A DNA stretch of 64,000 nt from GCA_000165345.1 CM000432.1:1024001-1088000, one strand, 5' to 3'. Positions 10,491 through 21,423 are shown, counted from the stretch's first letter. Notes: generated from the letters alone by a model not told the origin. Made by a program: numbers and translations.

Positions 10491-10819
10491 CTTCAAAAAA
10501 AGCTCCTTTTAACCAAAAAAAGTAAATAAAAATAATGATAAACAAACTTAATACTTTCTCTTCAAATTAAAAACCACTTTTACAGCTGTTTTGAGTATCC
10601 CACTTTTTTTGTTAATTCTGCTATCAAGATCTAAATCCCACCTTTCTTTTCTTTTTATTGTTGCTTTTCTACATCCTCTTTCCAAGCTAATCCAAATCAT
10701 ACAAGTACACACGCCAATCCTTTTCCTCAAATAAAATTCCAGAAAATATTTATTCCTTCACCTTCTACTCTATCACAAACCTTCAAGTATTTTTTGACCA
10801 TTAAACTTTAATGACGTAA

Positions 10820-10871
10820 GGCGCCAATAATTGTTACATATACCGGCATTCCACATGTAGGCGCCAGGCAA
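10820..10871. promoter_or_regulatory. two GGCGCC E2F-like elements (10820-10825 and 10860-10865), the second embedded in CCACATGTAGGCGCCAGGCAA, in the divergent promoter of the large scaffold gene (-) and the DEAH helicase (+)
   Basis: Direct reading of the sequence. Confidence 0.5.
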
Positions 10872-10930
10872 TTTTTTTCTTTTTTTCCTCGAGTCAAATA
10901 AAACATCCGAGGGAAATTAGTAGCAAAAAA

Positions 10931-13333
10931 ATGTCACAATCTGACATACTACCAATTTATCAGCATAAAAAGGAGTTATTGTCATTAATTCGAGAAAATG
11001 ATGTTTCTGTGATAGTAGGAGAAACAGGGAGTGGTAAATCAACTTTGTTACCAGCTTTCCTATATGAAGATGGGTTTGTACAAGATAAAAAGATGATTGC
11101 AGTAACTCAACCAAGAAGAATTGCTGCTATTTCATTGGCAGAGTATGTTGCAAAGCTACTAAAAACTAAAGTAGGAAATAAGGTGGGTTATTCCGTTCGG
11201 TTTAAGACTGAAGTATCCAAATACACCAAAGTTAAATATTTGACAGATGGAATGCTTATTAGAGAATGTGTTACAACCAATGGAGAGAGAAGTCCTTTTG
11301 AAAATTATTCTGTGGTTATTGTAGATGAAGCCCATGAAAGGTCAATTCGTACTGATTTTCTTTTAGGCCTTCTTAAAATGGAACTTTTAAATGGAAGTAA
11401 ATTAAAAGTTGTAATTATGTCAGCAACTTTTCAAAGCTCCAGTTTTGAAGATTTTTTTAGCTCCATCAATCCTCAATCTCAGTCTAATTCTGGAATCAAG
11501 CTTAAAACTGGTACTTATTCAGTTCCTGGGAGACAGTTTCCTGTACAATTAAATTATTTACCTGAACCTGAACTGGACTATTTAGAAGCAGTCATGATAA
11601 CAATATTAACAATCCACTTCTCAAAGCCAAAAGGTGGTGACATTCTTGTATTTCTCCCAGGTCAGGAAGATATTCATCATTTATATTCCAATTTGACAAC
11701 AATATCTAAACAAATTGAAGCCTTGTTTGAGCAACAAGGAGAAATCAGCTTTTATCTAGGTAAGCAGAAGTTTGAAAATATTGAAAGAATTCGATTATTT
11801 GTTCAATGTCTTTATGCTTCAATGCCTTCTGAACAACAAAGTAAAGTATTTGATATTCTTCCAGAAAATTATAGAAAAGTTATTCTTTCAACTAATATTG
11901 CAGAAACATCTGTAACTTTACCCAACATTGTTTACGTTATTGACACTGGCCTTGAAAAACTTAAGTTCTTTCAAAGTAACAATAATATTGATGCTTTGAT
12001 TATGAAAGAAATATCAAAAGCTTCTTCAATACAAAGAGCTGGAAGAGCTGGAAGGCTTAAGCCTGGAGAAGTTTATCGTATGTATACAAAACAAGCATAT
12101 TCAGAGTTTATGACTTCTCAAACTCCTGAAATATTAAGAACTAGTCTCTCTGAGACTTTGCTTGAACTTATTTATGTTCTTAATAACTATAAAACTAATA
12201 TATTTCAACAAGGTATTTCCAATTCATCCAATAATGACCATACTCTACTTATTGATCAACAACAAGTTTCTGTGAAAAAAATCCTAAATTTTCCATTTAT
12301 TAGTTATCCAACTAAGGATTCCATTCTTTCAACTCTCAAATTCTTATATAGACTCGAAGCTTTAAATAAAAGTGGAAATATTACTGAATTAGGTATTAAA
12401 CTAACTATGCTTCCAGTACCTCCATTTCTTGGTAAACTCATTTATCATAGTATTGAGTTTGGATGTACAAGTGAAGCAATCACTCTTGTAGCAATGCTTT
12501 CAGCTGAATGCTTGTTAGACTATTGCAATAGCAGCAATAATCCAAAAGATAAAGTCTATGGTTCATTACAAGAAAATCATTCTGATCAAGTTGGACCAAC
12601 TAAGAAAAAACCTAGATTTACTCATAATTCATCATCCAGAAATGACCAATCCTATAAAAATTACCTTAGATCAATTATGACAAAGTTTGGAGATCATGTT
12701 GGCTTAATTGAAACCTATAACACTTGGATTTCTTTGCAAAAAAGTTCTGGAAAAACCAATAATATACAAGGAAATATCATCTCTTCTAGTAACAATTATG
12801 AACAAATCAATTTTTGTAATTCTATTGGAATCTCACATACCAGTCTTTTAAGAGCAAAATCTATTAGAGAGCAGCTTATTGATATCACCACAAAGATATT
12901 TAACTTAAAAACTATTAACAGTTGTACTATGTTTACTTCTCTTAAACATAGTCATCCTGAATCCTTTGAATCTGAATTTAATCAAGAACAGAAACAGCAA
13001 AAGCAAGAGCAAGAACAAGAACAAGAACAAGAACAAGAAAATAAATGGATTCCCTTTTACAAATGCCTTACAAAAAGTTTCTGGCAAAATGTTGCCAAGC
13101 TAGATCCTAGTAATAATAAACAATACCTAACTGAGGTCAACAGACAACTTGTGAATATACATCCCACTAGCAGTGTTTCACATTTAAAGGAAAAACCTAA
13201 ATGGATCATTTTCACAGATATTATTCAAACTAAAAAGACTTATATACGAATTATCTCAGCCATTAATCATTTATGGCTCAATGACTACTGCTCCAGATGG
13301 TTCATCTCCACTGAAACAAACTCCAAACATTAA
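10931..13333 (+). CDS. DEAH-box ATP-dependent RNA helicase (DHX family)
   Basis: Helicase motifs are present: motif I GETGSGKST, motif Ia TQPRRIAA, motif II DEAHER and motif III SAT. Helicase-C and a C-terminal HA2/OB-like region follow (QRAGRAGR). An EQ(EQ)n insertion is encoded by a (CAAGAA)n microsatellite at about 13003-13038. Confidence 0.9.
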   Translation: MSQSDILPIYQHKKELLSLIRENDVSVIVGETGSGKSTLLPAFLYEDGFVQDKKMIAVTQPRRIAAISLAEYVAKLLKTKVGNKVGYSVRFKTEVSKYTKVKYLTDGMLIRECVTTNGERSPFENYSVVIVDEAHERSIRTDFLLGLLKMELLNGSKLKVVIMSATFQSSSFEDFFSSINPQSQSNSGIKLKTGTYSVPGRQFPVQLNYLPEPELDYLEAVMITILTIHFSKPKGGDILVFLPGQEDIHHLYSNLTTISKQIEALFEQQGEISFYLGKQKFENIERIRLFVQCLYASMPSEQQSKVFDILPENYRKVILSTNIAETSVTLPNIVYVIDTGLEKLKFFQSNNNIDALIMKEISKASSIQRAGRAGRLKPGEVYRMYTKQAYSEFMTSQTPEILRTSLSETLLELIYVLNNYKTNIFQQGISNSSNNDHTLLIDQQQVSVKKILNFPFISYPTKDSILSTLKFLYRLEALNKSGNITELGIKLTMLPVPPFLGKLIYHSIEFGCTSEAITLVAMLSAECLLDYCNSSNNPKDKVYGSLQENHSDQVGPTKKKPRFTHNSSSRNDQSYKNYLRSIMTKFGDHVGLIETYNTWISLQKSSGKTNNIQGNIISSSNNYEQINFCNSIGISHTSLLRAKSIREQLIDITTKIFNLKTINSCTMFTSLKHSHPESFESEFNQEQKQQKQEQEQEQEQEQENKWIPFYKCLTKSFWQNVAKLDPSNNKQYLTEVNRQLVNIHPTSSVSHLKEKPKWIIFTDIIQTKKTYIRIISAINHLWLNDYCSRWFISTETNSKH
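13003..13038 (+). repeat. (CAAGAA)n hexanucleotide repeat encoding (EQ)n inside the DEAH helicase
   Basis: caagagcaagaacaagaacaagaacaagaacaagaa. Confidence 0.9.
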
Positions 13334-13651
13334 AGTCAAAAAATACATACATAATATATACAGATTCTGTATCCAAATAATAGAAATTATACAAGTTATA
13401 CTTAAATATTATTATGTCTAACCAGCTTTTTTTAAACAAGAGCAAACAAATATATTACTTCTTAACTTACACAACATCTACTTTCGCTATTAAAAAAGAA
13501 ATAAATTAAATCCACTCTTTCTATTATACATCCATACTTTTTAAAATATCAAAGTTATCTTTACCTTTCTCTTGTACTTTTCCTTCAACTTTATTGTTTC
13601 TCTTTGAATACTAATAATCTATTCCATAATAATTTGATATTTTATTAAGCT

Positions 13652-16600
13652 TCATTCTTCCGTATCCAAAACACTTAAAGGAATTCTGTCATCCTGAATT
13701 AGCTCATCTATATGCTTAATATGCTTGTATCCTGGTGGAATAGAAATATTCATATTCTTGTTAAATTTTATTCTTCTCGGATTTCCACTTGCCGAATCGA
13801 AATTTTGAGATTTACGAGCTAAAATTAAATCTTTCTTTTCAGTAGATTGAACTTGAACAAGAAGGAATGAAGCATAATCGTTTAAAATATGATTCATTTT
13901 GGATTTGAAGCCGAAAAAATCAAGTTCCTTAAGACTTTCTATTATTGATTCCGAATATCCAAGATTAAACTTATGGCTATTAAACTCTTCATCAATATCC
14001 GATTTTAACAACTTATTCTTGAGCTTTGAAATAGTTAAATTCTTTATTGCCTTATAATCCCCTCCAAAACCATTCTTGAGGTAATTATTATATTTATCTG
14101 TAAATTTAGATATATATAACCCCAAATCATTAGCTGAGTAATCCCAAGACTCTAATTGAACACTCCATTTATAATAACTATCAAATGCCTCAATGAATGT
14201 CTTTAAACTCAAACTTTCACTTGTTGTTTTTAAAGACTCATTAAGCCAGTATGTATTGTAATAGGCATCATTTAAATATAAGATTCCGATATCAACATTG
14301 TCAGTATAAAAATCCTGAATATTCTTATAGATGATGATATCCAATAAAGCAATATTTGGACCAAATTCATCCGAACTTAATTTAAAATCCAAGTAACCAC
14401 TACTCATTACTTCATTTGTACAATTAATCTGACCACATTCCTCATTTAGTAACTTAAATAGATTCTCAATTGAAAACGTTTTATCAAGTTTCTTCATCGC
14501 TTTTTCACCAAAATTTGAATTAATATAATTCTTTGATAATTCAAAATAATCTGGACGATTATAATGATAAAATACTTTTTTATTAGCTGTACCACGAAAA
14601 TCCTTAATTGGGAAAGATCTGCTCTTAAATAATTTAAAACATTGCTCTTTTTTAGCTTTAATACCAACTCTAGTCGAAAATTCCTTTAATAATTTCTCTA
14701 ATTCTGCTCTATCCAAGTTACCTATAAATAATCCATCAATACATAAATTCTCCTTAAATTTTTTAAATTCATTATATAATTCTTGATAAGTTATTTGACT
14801 TAAACCTAAGTATTGCCGACCCAATGTTGGATAATTTGGAGCAGTTATTCTCCAAGAAAGTTCTCTTGCTTTAAGCTCTGAAGTTATTGTTTCTTTTTTT
14901 CTCATTAATAATCCTTTATAAATGAATAATGAGTCATTTAAAACTGCCTCTGTAATAACTTCTTCTGAATTTAATGATGAAAAGATGGTCTTAATAATAA
15001 TATATAAACTTGAACTATAACCACTTATATGTAAATCTATGCTTGGAACATTTGAAAGTTGTTCGGGACTATTTCTTGGACTAAATGTAAGCTTTGCATC
15101 TTGAATTAAAGGTAAATTTAAAGTATTATTCATTGAAATCACTAAAATATAGCTCAATATCAAAGTAATAAATTTAAAAGAATTAAAAGCTGAACTTAGT
15201 CTTAATATTCCTTTAAAATACGGCTGTTTCTTATCATTTCTAGCTTTATACCAAACATTAACATTTTCAGAAATAGAAATTTGTGTATCATGATATTTAC
15301 ATATAGCTAAACGACGATCTCGAACCATTTTGGTCTTAAAAATATCCCCAATTTTGGTTAATAAATAATAATTAGGATAGAATTCATTATAGCTTTCAAT
15401 GAATGTATTTAATTCAGTATCAACAACAGCATCATTTCCAGGATTTGGAGAATTTGAAGTACATTCCCAAATAAAGTCAACAAGTTTGAAGTCTTTTGGA
15501 GTATATGGATTGATAAATGGTCTAGAAAGTCCATTAATAATACCAAAAGATTCTTTAGTTTGTTTTAAACGATTGATTAGTCTTGGAGAGATCTTTTTAA
15601 TATTATATTTGATTTTAAGGAGTGGTTCTTCATAATGATATACGTACTTTCCATTGCAATCAATGATTCTATTTCTTGATGATTTACTAAAACATTCATC
15701 ATTACCAGAATTGCTGCTAAATGAGTAGAAACTAGTATTAAATACCTGATTTTCAACAATTTCGGTAATATTTTCAACATAATCTTCATAATTATTACTC
15801 ATTAAATAATTAGCTTGGTTTGAATTAACTAGAATGAGTATGTTTTCAATATCCAAGAAATTTAAGATTTTATTAAATTCTTCTAATTCAAGGTCGTTGT
15901 ACTTACAATATCTTTCCAATTTATGCCAAACATTATAATTAATCAAAGAACTGATTCTATCTTGAATATTTAATTTAAAATCAAACCAATTAAAGTTCAT
16001 ATAATTAGCAACACAGTTATTGATAAGAAATTCAAAGTATTCTTTTTTAATTTTTGTTTTACGTAAAAGTACCACAGAACTATATAATAATTCAAGAGTT
16101 TCCTCTAATAGAATTTGTTCAACATCAGATTCAACTTCAAACCAAACTAGAGCAAGTCTTTCTGCATAATATTCAACATTACAAGTTAATATAAGAGGAG
16201 AAATAGCATTTCTAAGTGAGCCAGAGTATTCTCCACAAAAGTAATGTTTGACCAAATATTCAAATAAGGGTATTCTATTTGAGCCTAATATGGCCCCCTT
16301 TTCGGAATCCAGAACAAATACAAATGAGATCTTGTTATCAACTCCTTTATATTCAACAAAATTTCCTAATAGACCTTGAGTATGTAAATTTTTCAATCCA
16401 ATATTATATCTCATAAGTTTGATATCTGTATTTAGATTTGGAATGGTTGAGAAATGTCTATTTACCAATGTAGTCAAATGTTCAAAAGTTAAAGAAGACT
16501 CAATAACTAACTTCATGATATTTGAACTATAGAATTTCTTTTTAAACTTCTTAATTTCTTTGACCAAATCAGAAATTACACAATTTTTCATTGTCATAAG

Positions 16601-17104
16601 TGATCCTCGTAATTCTGAATTAAATATTGATTTTAAGACAGCATTTCTTTGAACTGCACTGGAATTCACTTCATTTTCATATTCTTTTTTCAACATTCCC
16701 AAACATGTAGTTACAATTTCTTCAGAATAATCAAGTACATCTAGAGAGCTCCTTATTCTTCTTAAATACTCATCCAGACACTCAGATGAGAAAATTCCTG
16801 AGAATTCAATGGTTGTTTCACTAGACTGAGGAATCCAATAATATGTAATGCATGCCTGACCTTTTTTTTGTATAGAGTCCATTACTTTCGTGAATTGTTT
16901 TCCTTCAGTCTGAAAATATTGGGAAACACAACTTAGAACTTTTGAGAAGCCTAAGTAATCTTTTGGGTCGAAAATTGAACCCAAGTCTAAACCGAAACTC
17001 ACTAATGATAATTTGTCTGAGCTCGAAATTAGTAGTACCTCCAGCTTATTTGGCAGATAAAATTTCTTTACCAAGCCTGAAGGATTAATGTTACCCGAAA
17101 TCAT
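13652..17104 (-). CDS. insulinase-like (peptidase M16 family) protein lacking the HxxEH zinc-binding motif, so probably non-catalytic; 1150 aa
   Basis: ATG at 17104. The N-terminus aligns to M16 family topology (LPNKLEVLLISS...SFGLDLGSIFDPKDYLGFSKVLSCVSQYFQTEG). The GLAHFLEHMLF position is occupied by GFSKVLSCVSQYF, and no HxxEH occurs anywhere in the ORF. Large expanded paralogous families of such proteins are typical of Cryptosporidium genomes. Confidence 0.6.
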   Translation of the reverse strand: MISGNINPSGLVKKFYLPNKLEVLLISSSDKLSLVSFGLDLGSIFDPKDYLGFSKVLSCVSQYFQTEGKQFTKVMDSIQKKGQACITYYWIPQSSETTIEFSGIFSSECLDEYLRRIRSSLDVLDYSEEIVTTCLGMLKKEYENEVNSSAVQRNAVLKSIFNSELRGSLMTMKNCVISDLVKEIKKFKKKFYSSNIMKLVIESSLTFEHLTTLVNRHFSTIPNLNTDIKLMRYNIGLKNLHTQGLLGNFVEYKGVDNKISFVFVLDSEKGAILGSNRIPLFEYLVKHYFCGEYSGSLRNAISPLILTCNVEYYAERLALVWFEVESDVEQILLEETLELLYSSVVLLRKTKIKKEYFEFLINNCVANYMNFNWFDFKLNIQDRISSLINYNVWHKLERYCKYNDLELEEFNKILNFLDIENILILVNSNQANYLMSNNYEDYVENITEIVENQVFNTSFYSFSSNSGNDECFSKSSRNRIIDCNGKYVYHYEEPLLKIKYNIKKISPRLINRLKQTKESFGIINGLSRPFINPYTPKDFKLVDFIWECTSNSPNPGNDAVVDTELNTFIESYNEFYPNYYLLTKIGDIFKTKMVRDRRLAICKYHDTQISISENVNVWYKARNDKKQPYFKGILRLSSAFNSFKFITLILSYILVISMNNTLNLPLIQDAKLTFSPRNSPEQLSNVPSIDLHISGYSSSLYIIIKTIFSSLNSEEVITEAVLNDSLFIYKGLLMRKKETITSELKARELSWRITAPNYPTLGRQYLGLSQITYQELYNEFKKFKENLCIDGLFIGNLDRAELEKLLKEFSTRVGIKAKKEQCFKLFKSRSFPIKDFRGTANKKVFYHYNRPDYFELSKNYINSNFGEKAMKKLDKTFSIENLFKLLNEECGQINCTNEVMSSGYLDFKLSSDEFGPNIALLDIIIYKNIQDFYTDNVDIGILYLNDAYYNTYWLNESLKTTSESLSLKTFIEAFDSYYKWSVQLESWDYSANDLGLYISKFTDKYNNYLKNGFGGDYKAIKNLTISKLKNKLLKSDIDEEFNSHKFNLGYSESIIESLKELDFFGFKSKMNHILNDYASFLLVQVQSTEKKDLILARKSQNFDSASGNPRRIKFNKNMNISIPPGYKHIKHIDELIQDDRIPLSVLDTEE

Positions 17105-17852
17105 TGCTTTCTCCTTTTCATCAATCTATTTGTATTTACTTTCATCATCCTTTTAATTTCTACTCTGTCCTTTTTTGACTTTTTATTTCATCTATTTTAA
17201 TAGAATTTTAATAGTCAAAAGTGGATTGCCCGCCCGAATTTTAATATAGATTAATTAATAAGTTTCCTAATTAATTATTATTAAATCAATAAATAATAAT
17301 AATTAATTAAAATGACTATGAATTGTTAGTTTATATTTGACATTTTTTATATTTTAATTTTAAGACGATATATTGAATATTCCTATATTTTGTATAAACA
17401 GAAGTAACAAAATAGTGTAATTTAAATAGCTAATATTAATTTCAACAGAATATTTGTAAGCATAGACCTGAGTTAATCCCCCTTTTATTCCAAAAACTTT
17501 GCAGTTGAATTTGGCTCTTTCAATCTCATGTTTTGACGAGTTTGAGCCAATATATCTAAAGTAGAATATAAAGAAAAATAAAAGTTATTGATATACTACA
17601 CATTACCCAACATTTGTTAATACAAATTTCTTTATTAATGATAAATTTTCTCCTATTTTGATTTTTTTTTTCATTCATGTTTAAGTTAAACATTTTAGTG
17701 ATTCGATTCATAGTTTCTAATTAGCTTCTTATGACGTTAAAACCACATTTGAATTTGACATGGGTCATTCTTTGAAATACAGTCCATATCTAATATACCA
17801 TAATTATCTAAAGCTTAATTTCATAATTAAATTTGTAATAAAAATATTATTA

Positions 17853-19223
17853 CTATACAAACCTACCTGGATCAAATTGATGTGAAAAAACAAGTTGATT
17901 ATTGACGAGCTTGATTAAGGTAGTTTTTGAACAAAATGAGCATAGGCATCTCATCAGATACTTGGAAAGTTTAATAATTTGACTGAATTCAGGATCTTTC
18001 TTGTAAACTTGGAGAATTGATTGAATAATCCTTTTAGCTCCATATGCTGCAATGATATGAGAGTAAACCTCAGTTCTTTGACATGATTTAATTAGGACAA
18101 TTAAACCCTGTTGAACTATTTGATGATTATTAACATTAATATCGATAATTTCCAATATTTCCCTTATAATATCAGGATTGTTAAGTTTAAAGTCTTGAGA
18201 AGTGAATAGTATGGAAACATATATTGCCAATATATTTTCAATGAGAAATATATCTTGATTCTTCCCTAACTTTTTTGTAATTAATTCAAAAACTCCTAAT
18301 TTCAAAAACTCGTTACATGCGTTTAAACTTGATCTAATAAGAAATCTCAGAGCTGCAAACCCCCAAATTTGAGTTCTTTCATCAAGCTTTTCATCTTTTA
18401 AATATAGCATGATTTTTTTCCCAATATTAGAATCAATCCAAATCTATTATTAATAATTTGTAAAGAATTTCAAAAGGGAACCGTAAATAAAGTTTTAGCT
18501 GTTTTCAAAAGTGCCATATTGTTTTACTTACCTCGGATACGCTTAATGAATCGGATGACGAAATAAAAATTAATCTAAAAATTGCCAACAAAATCGAATT
18601 GTTCACTGAAGAATTCAAAATATTCTTCTCCAAATATGTAAATAGCTCCAATATTTCTGGAATAATCTATTATAATTTGAGTTTACAAGTTTTTTAAAGC
18701 TCATTCTTAATTATAGATTTCTTAAACTTACTATTGGAACCATTCTTTCGGAAACACCATCATTAAAAAATAAATGAGTTAGCAAAAAAATACATATTAG
18801 CACTATTTCAGGTGATTTCTTATGATATTTTATGGTATTTAATAATATTTCCACAGCTCCAGATTCACACATATGATTTCTTATTATCGAATTCCCATCA
18901 AGTGGGTCCAATAACTCTGTTATTTCAATTAGTCGCGATAATAAAAAAATTGTATCAACTTCAGAACGTAGCTGCCTTAATATCGAAATAATCCAAATGG
19001 CATGTAATTCTTTTATTTGAGGTTGAATAAACTCTGTAGATAAATTATGGGCTTTATTCCCAAAATTTATTCCTTCATAAGTTATTATGTCCCAGAAAGA
19101 CAATAATCGATTACCATTATGATTTCTAATAACAAATTTCTGAGATAATTCCAATCCATTGTTTTTTTTCTTTAATTTTATATTCTTTACTGCACCCTCA
19201 TCTTTTGAAACACAACATCCCAT
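17853..19223 (-). CDS. N-terminally acylated (MGCCVSK) armadillo-repeat protein, ARO/Vac8-like. Three exons on the minus strand at 19223..18732, 18666..18532 and 18443..17853, giving about 405 aa
   Basis: The track shows two separate ORFs (18711..19223 and 17853..18410). On the minus strand VPI|GTAAGT (donor at 18731) joins through an AATAG acceptor at 18668-18667 to a 135-nt exon. That exon reads IIPEILELFTYLEKNILNSSVNNSILLAIFRLIFISSSDSLSVSE and ends at GAG|GTAAGT (18531). An ATAATAG acceptor at 18445-18444 then reopens the frame as IWIDSNIGKKI-MLYLKDEK. All junctions are phase 0. The MGCC start gives a Gly2 myristoylation site plus Cys3/Cys4 palmitoylation sites. Confidence 0.7.
18444..18531 (-). 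other. predicted spliceosomal intron (88 nt, GTAAGT...ATAG)
   Basis: Donor GTAAGTAAAAC and acceptor TAATAG. It joins two phase-0 exons of the ARO-like gene. Confidence 0.6.
18667..18731 (-). other. predicted spliceosomal intron (65 nt, GTAAGT...AATAG)
   Basis: The donor GTAAGTTTAAG lies directly after the ATA codon. Splicing removes the in-frame TAA at 18711-18713. Confidence 0.6.
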
Positions 19224-19410
19224 TATCTTTTTTCATATGTACTTGTAGTCAAATCTCCATTAGATATGCTTAGTTACTAACAATCTATCAGAATTTTTCC
19301 AAGTATGCTCTTTATATTTTTATATTCTTTTTTCTAATTTATTAATTCTCTAAAATACCTTCAAAACATCTCATTTCTGCCTTTTGTCTTAAATGACATT
19401 TCACTTTTTG

Positions 19411-19438
19411 CCACATGTAACCTATTTTGGCGCCAATG
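19411..19438. promoter_or_regulatory. CCACATGTA plus TTTTGGCGCCAATG composite in the divergent promoter of the ARO-like gene (-) and the secreted acidic gene (+)
   Basis: The GGCGCC core is at 19429-19434. The same CCACATGTA 9-mer occurs at 10851-10859. Confidence 0.5.
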
Positions 19439-19941
19439 TGCATACAAGTATTACAAAGTGGAATAATGCATTAATAATAAATATGGTAAAAATAAGAAAA
19501 TTATTAAATGTATATGTATTGATAAAAATAAAAAACTGAAAAATTCTTTTATTCTTTTAGAGTTTGAAAATTTGACAAATGTATTGGATATTCTACTGAA
19601 ATAAGAAATGAATTTAAGTTTTGCAAAAAGAAAAAAAAAATCAGCTATTGAGATAAAATTTATGTTTAATTATTGCATGCAAGCAATATTAAATAGTTAA
19701 GGTAAATTAAATTATGAAATTTTGAACATTTAAATTAATTTCTTATTCTCTAAATTTAATATCAAAATGAAAAATTGTTAATTTTTTTTTCCTTAATGCA
19801 TTTTTAGGCTGAGATAAAATTATAGATTTATCCAATATTATATAAATTTATAATCGTAATAATATTATTAATTTGAAAAAAAATTTAAATGAGCCATATT
19901 TTACATAGTTTTTTCCTAAGGTCAAAAGTTAATCTTTAGAA

Positions 19942-20889
19942 ATGAAGTTAATTCATGTATTTTCTCCTATTTTCCTTTTATTTGTAATATTCTGCGATTT
20001 TACAGAAAGAAGCTTTTTGTCAAAAATTTCACTTGTAAGAACAAAAATAATCCACAAGGAAAGTAATGCGAAGGATGGGATAATTATTCCAGACTTATCT
20101 GACACTCCCAAAAACGAAGAGCCACTGTATTTAGTTGAAGGATTAATTGATTTATCTGAGGAAGTTGATGATGATGATGATTACAGGGATGAAATAATCT
20201 TCATAGATGATATGGAAAGAAGCAATTTAGATGAACCCACTTCTAATGATGATGATAAATTAAGTTCTGGGGATGAAACACGAAATATTAATGATTCTCA
20301 AAACAATGATGAATTAGAGATTGATAATAAGAGTGAAATTCCAGAATTTAATACTGAATTATATTTCAATAGTCACAAGTGTTTCCTAATGTTAGGTTTC
20401 GAAGTTGAGTTCTTAGAAAATCCAATTTTGAATAACTCCGGAGTACTGAAGTATATCAAGGAAGCAGAAATTAACACAGAAGGTGAGACAGTTAAAAATC
20501 ACGAGTATACAGATGATGAGAAATATAAGTTGATTGAATTGGAAACAAGAAACAAAAAACGTGATGAGATAATTTCTCTAATGAAACATTTAAGAGAATC
20601 TTGCTGGAATATTACTTCACAAAGCACATTAGAAGAATTCAAAAATGAAGTTCTGGATATTATTGAAATTGTTAAGTCAAAAATTTGTCAGATTAATATT
20701 AAATTGGAGAATTATATTAAGATTACAGACAAAGAGAACTCTGAGTTTGATTTTGATAATTATGAAAGTAATATGGAAAAGAAAAGCAAACTTTTCGGAA
20801 GAAAAAGTTCTTATAAGTTGGCTCTTTCTTCATTAAAGAGAATTGAAGAATACTGGTCTCACATTGAAAATCTTCCTTGCAATATTTAA
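19942..20889 (+). CDS. secreted acidic protein (signal peptide followed by a D/E-rich region), with no known domain
   Basis: ATG at 19942. The N-terminus MKLIHVFSPIFLLFVIFCDF is signal-peptide-like. It contains DDDDDYRDE and E/D-rich tracts. Confidence 0.7.
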   Translation: MKLIHVFSPIFLLFVIFCDFTERSFLSKISLVRTKIIHKESNAKDGIIIPDLSDTPKNEEPLYLVEGLIDLSEEVDDDDDYRDEIIFIDDMERSNLDEPTSNDDDKLSSGDETRNINDSQNNDELEIDNKSEIPEFNTELYFNSHKCFLMLGFEVEFLENPILNNSGVLKYIKEAEINTEGETVKNHEYTDDEKYKLIELETRNKKRDEIISLMKHLRESCWNITSQSTLEEFKNEVLDIIEIVKSKICQINIKLENYIKITDKENSEFDFDNYESNMEKKSKLFGRKSSYKLALSSLKRIEEYWSHIENLPCNI

Positions 20890-21423
20890 CATTTTTTCAC
20901 ATTTAGATTAATTATTAACTAATATAGGCAAAGAAAAATGTGTGCTTAGATTTAAAATAACAAAATGATTAATTCTAAATCAAATCATATGATTACAGCA
21001 ACTACAGTATGATTATATAAAAATAATTCAATTTTAATATATAATATCTATTTGCTTAAAGTACATATCGCAATTTCTATCTTATTTTCTTACATGGAAT
21101 AATTATTACATGCATATTTGAAGTTCGGGCTTTAGCGCCTTCATTATGAGGGTAAATTATTTTTCTTATGTATTAAAAATTGTATTAGTTACCCACTGCA
21201 TAACTTTGTTTGAACTTTGGGGGAAAGAGGGAAAACAATTTATCCTTAAGCGAATAATATGTAAATTGATAAGTTTGGAATATTAAATCGCTATAGGAAT
21301 GAGAAAATAAATTTGATAATTGTGTGTGTGTTTTTTTTCAATTAGCCTCTAAAATACAGAATCTTTGGAATTCCCAGAATTTACTTGGTTTAATAAATTA
21401 ATTCGAATTGGGATTTGAAAAGA

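Noticed and set aside
10548-10730. 60-aa ORF in the intergenic region between the large scaffold gene and the helicase
   Set aside because: It is short and lies in a bidirectional promoter containing the GGCGCC motifs, with no supporting features.
12905-13087. 60-aa minus-strand ORF made of FLFLFL repeats
   Set aside because: It is the antisense reading of the (CAAGAA)n / EQ microsatellite inside the helicase gene.
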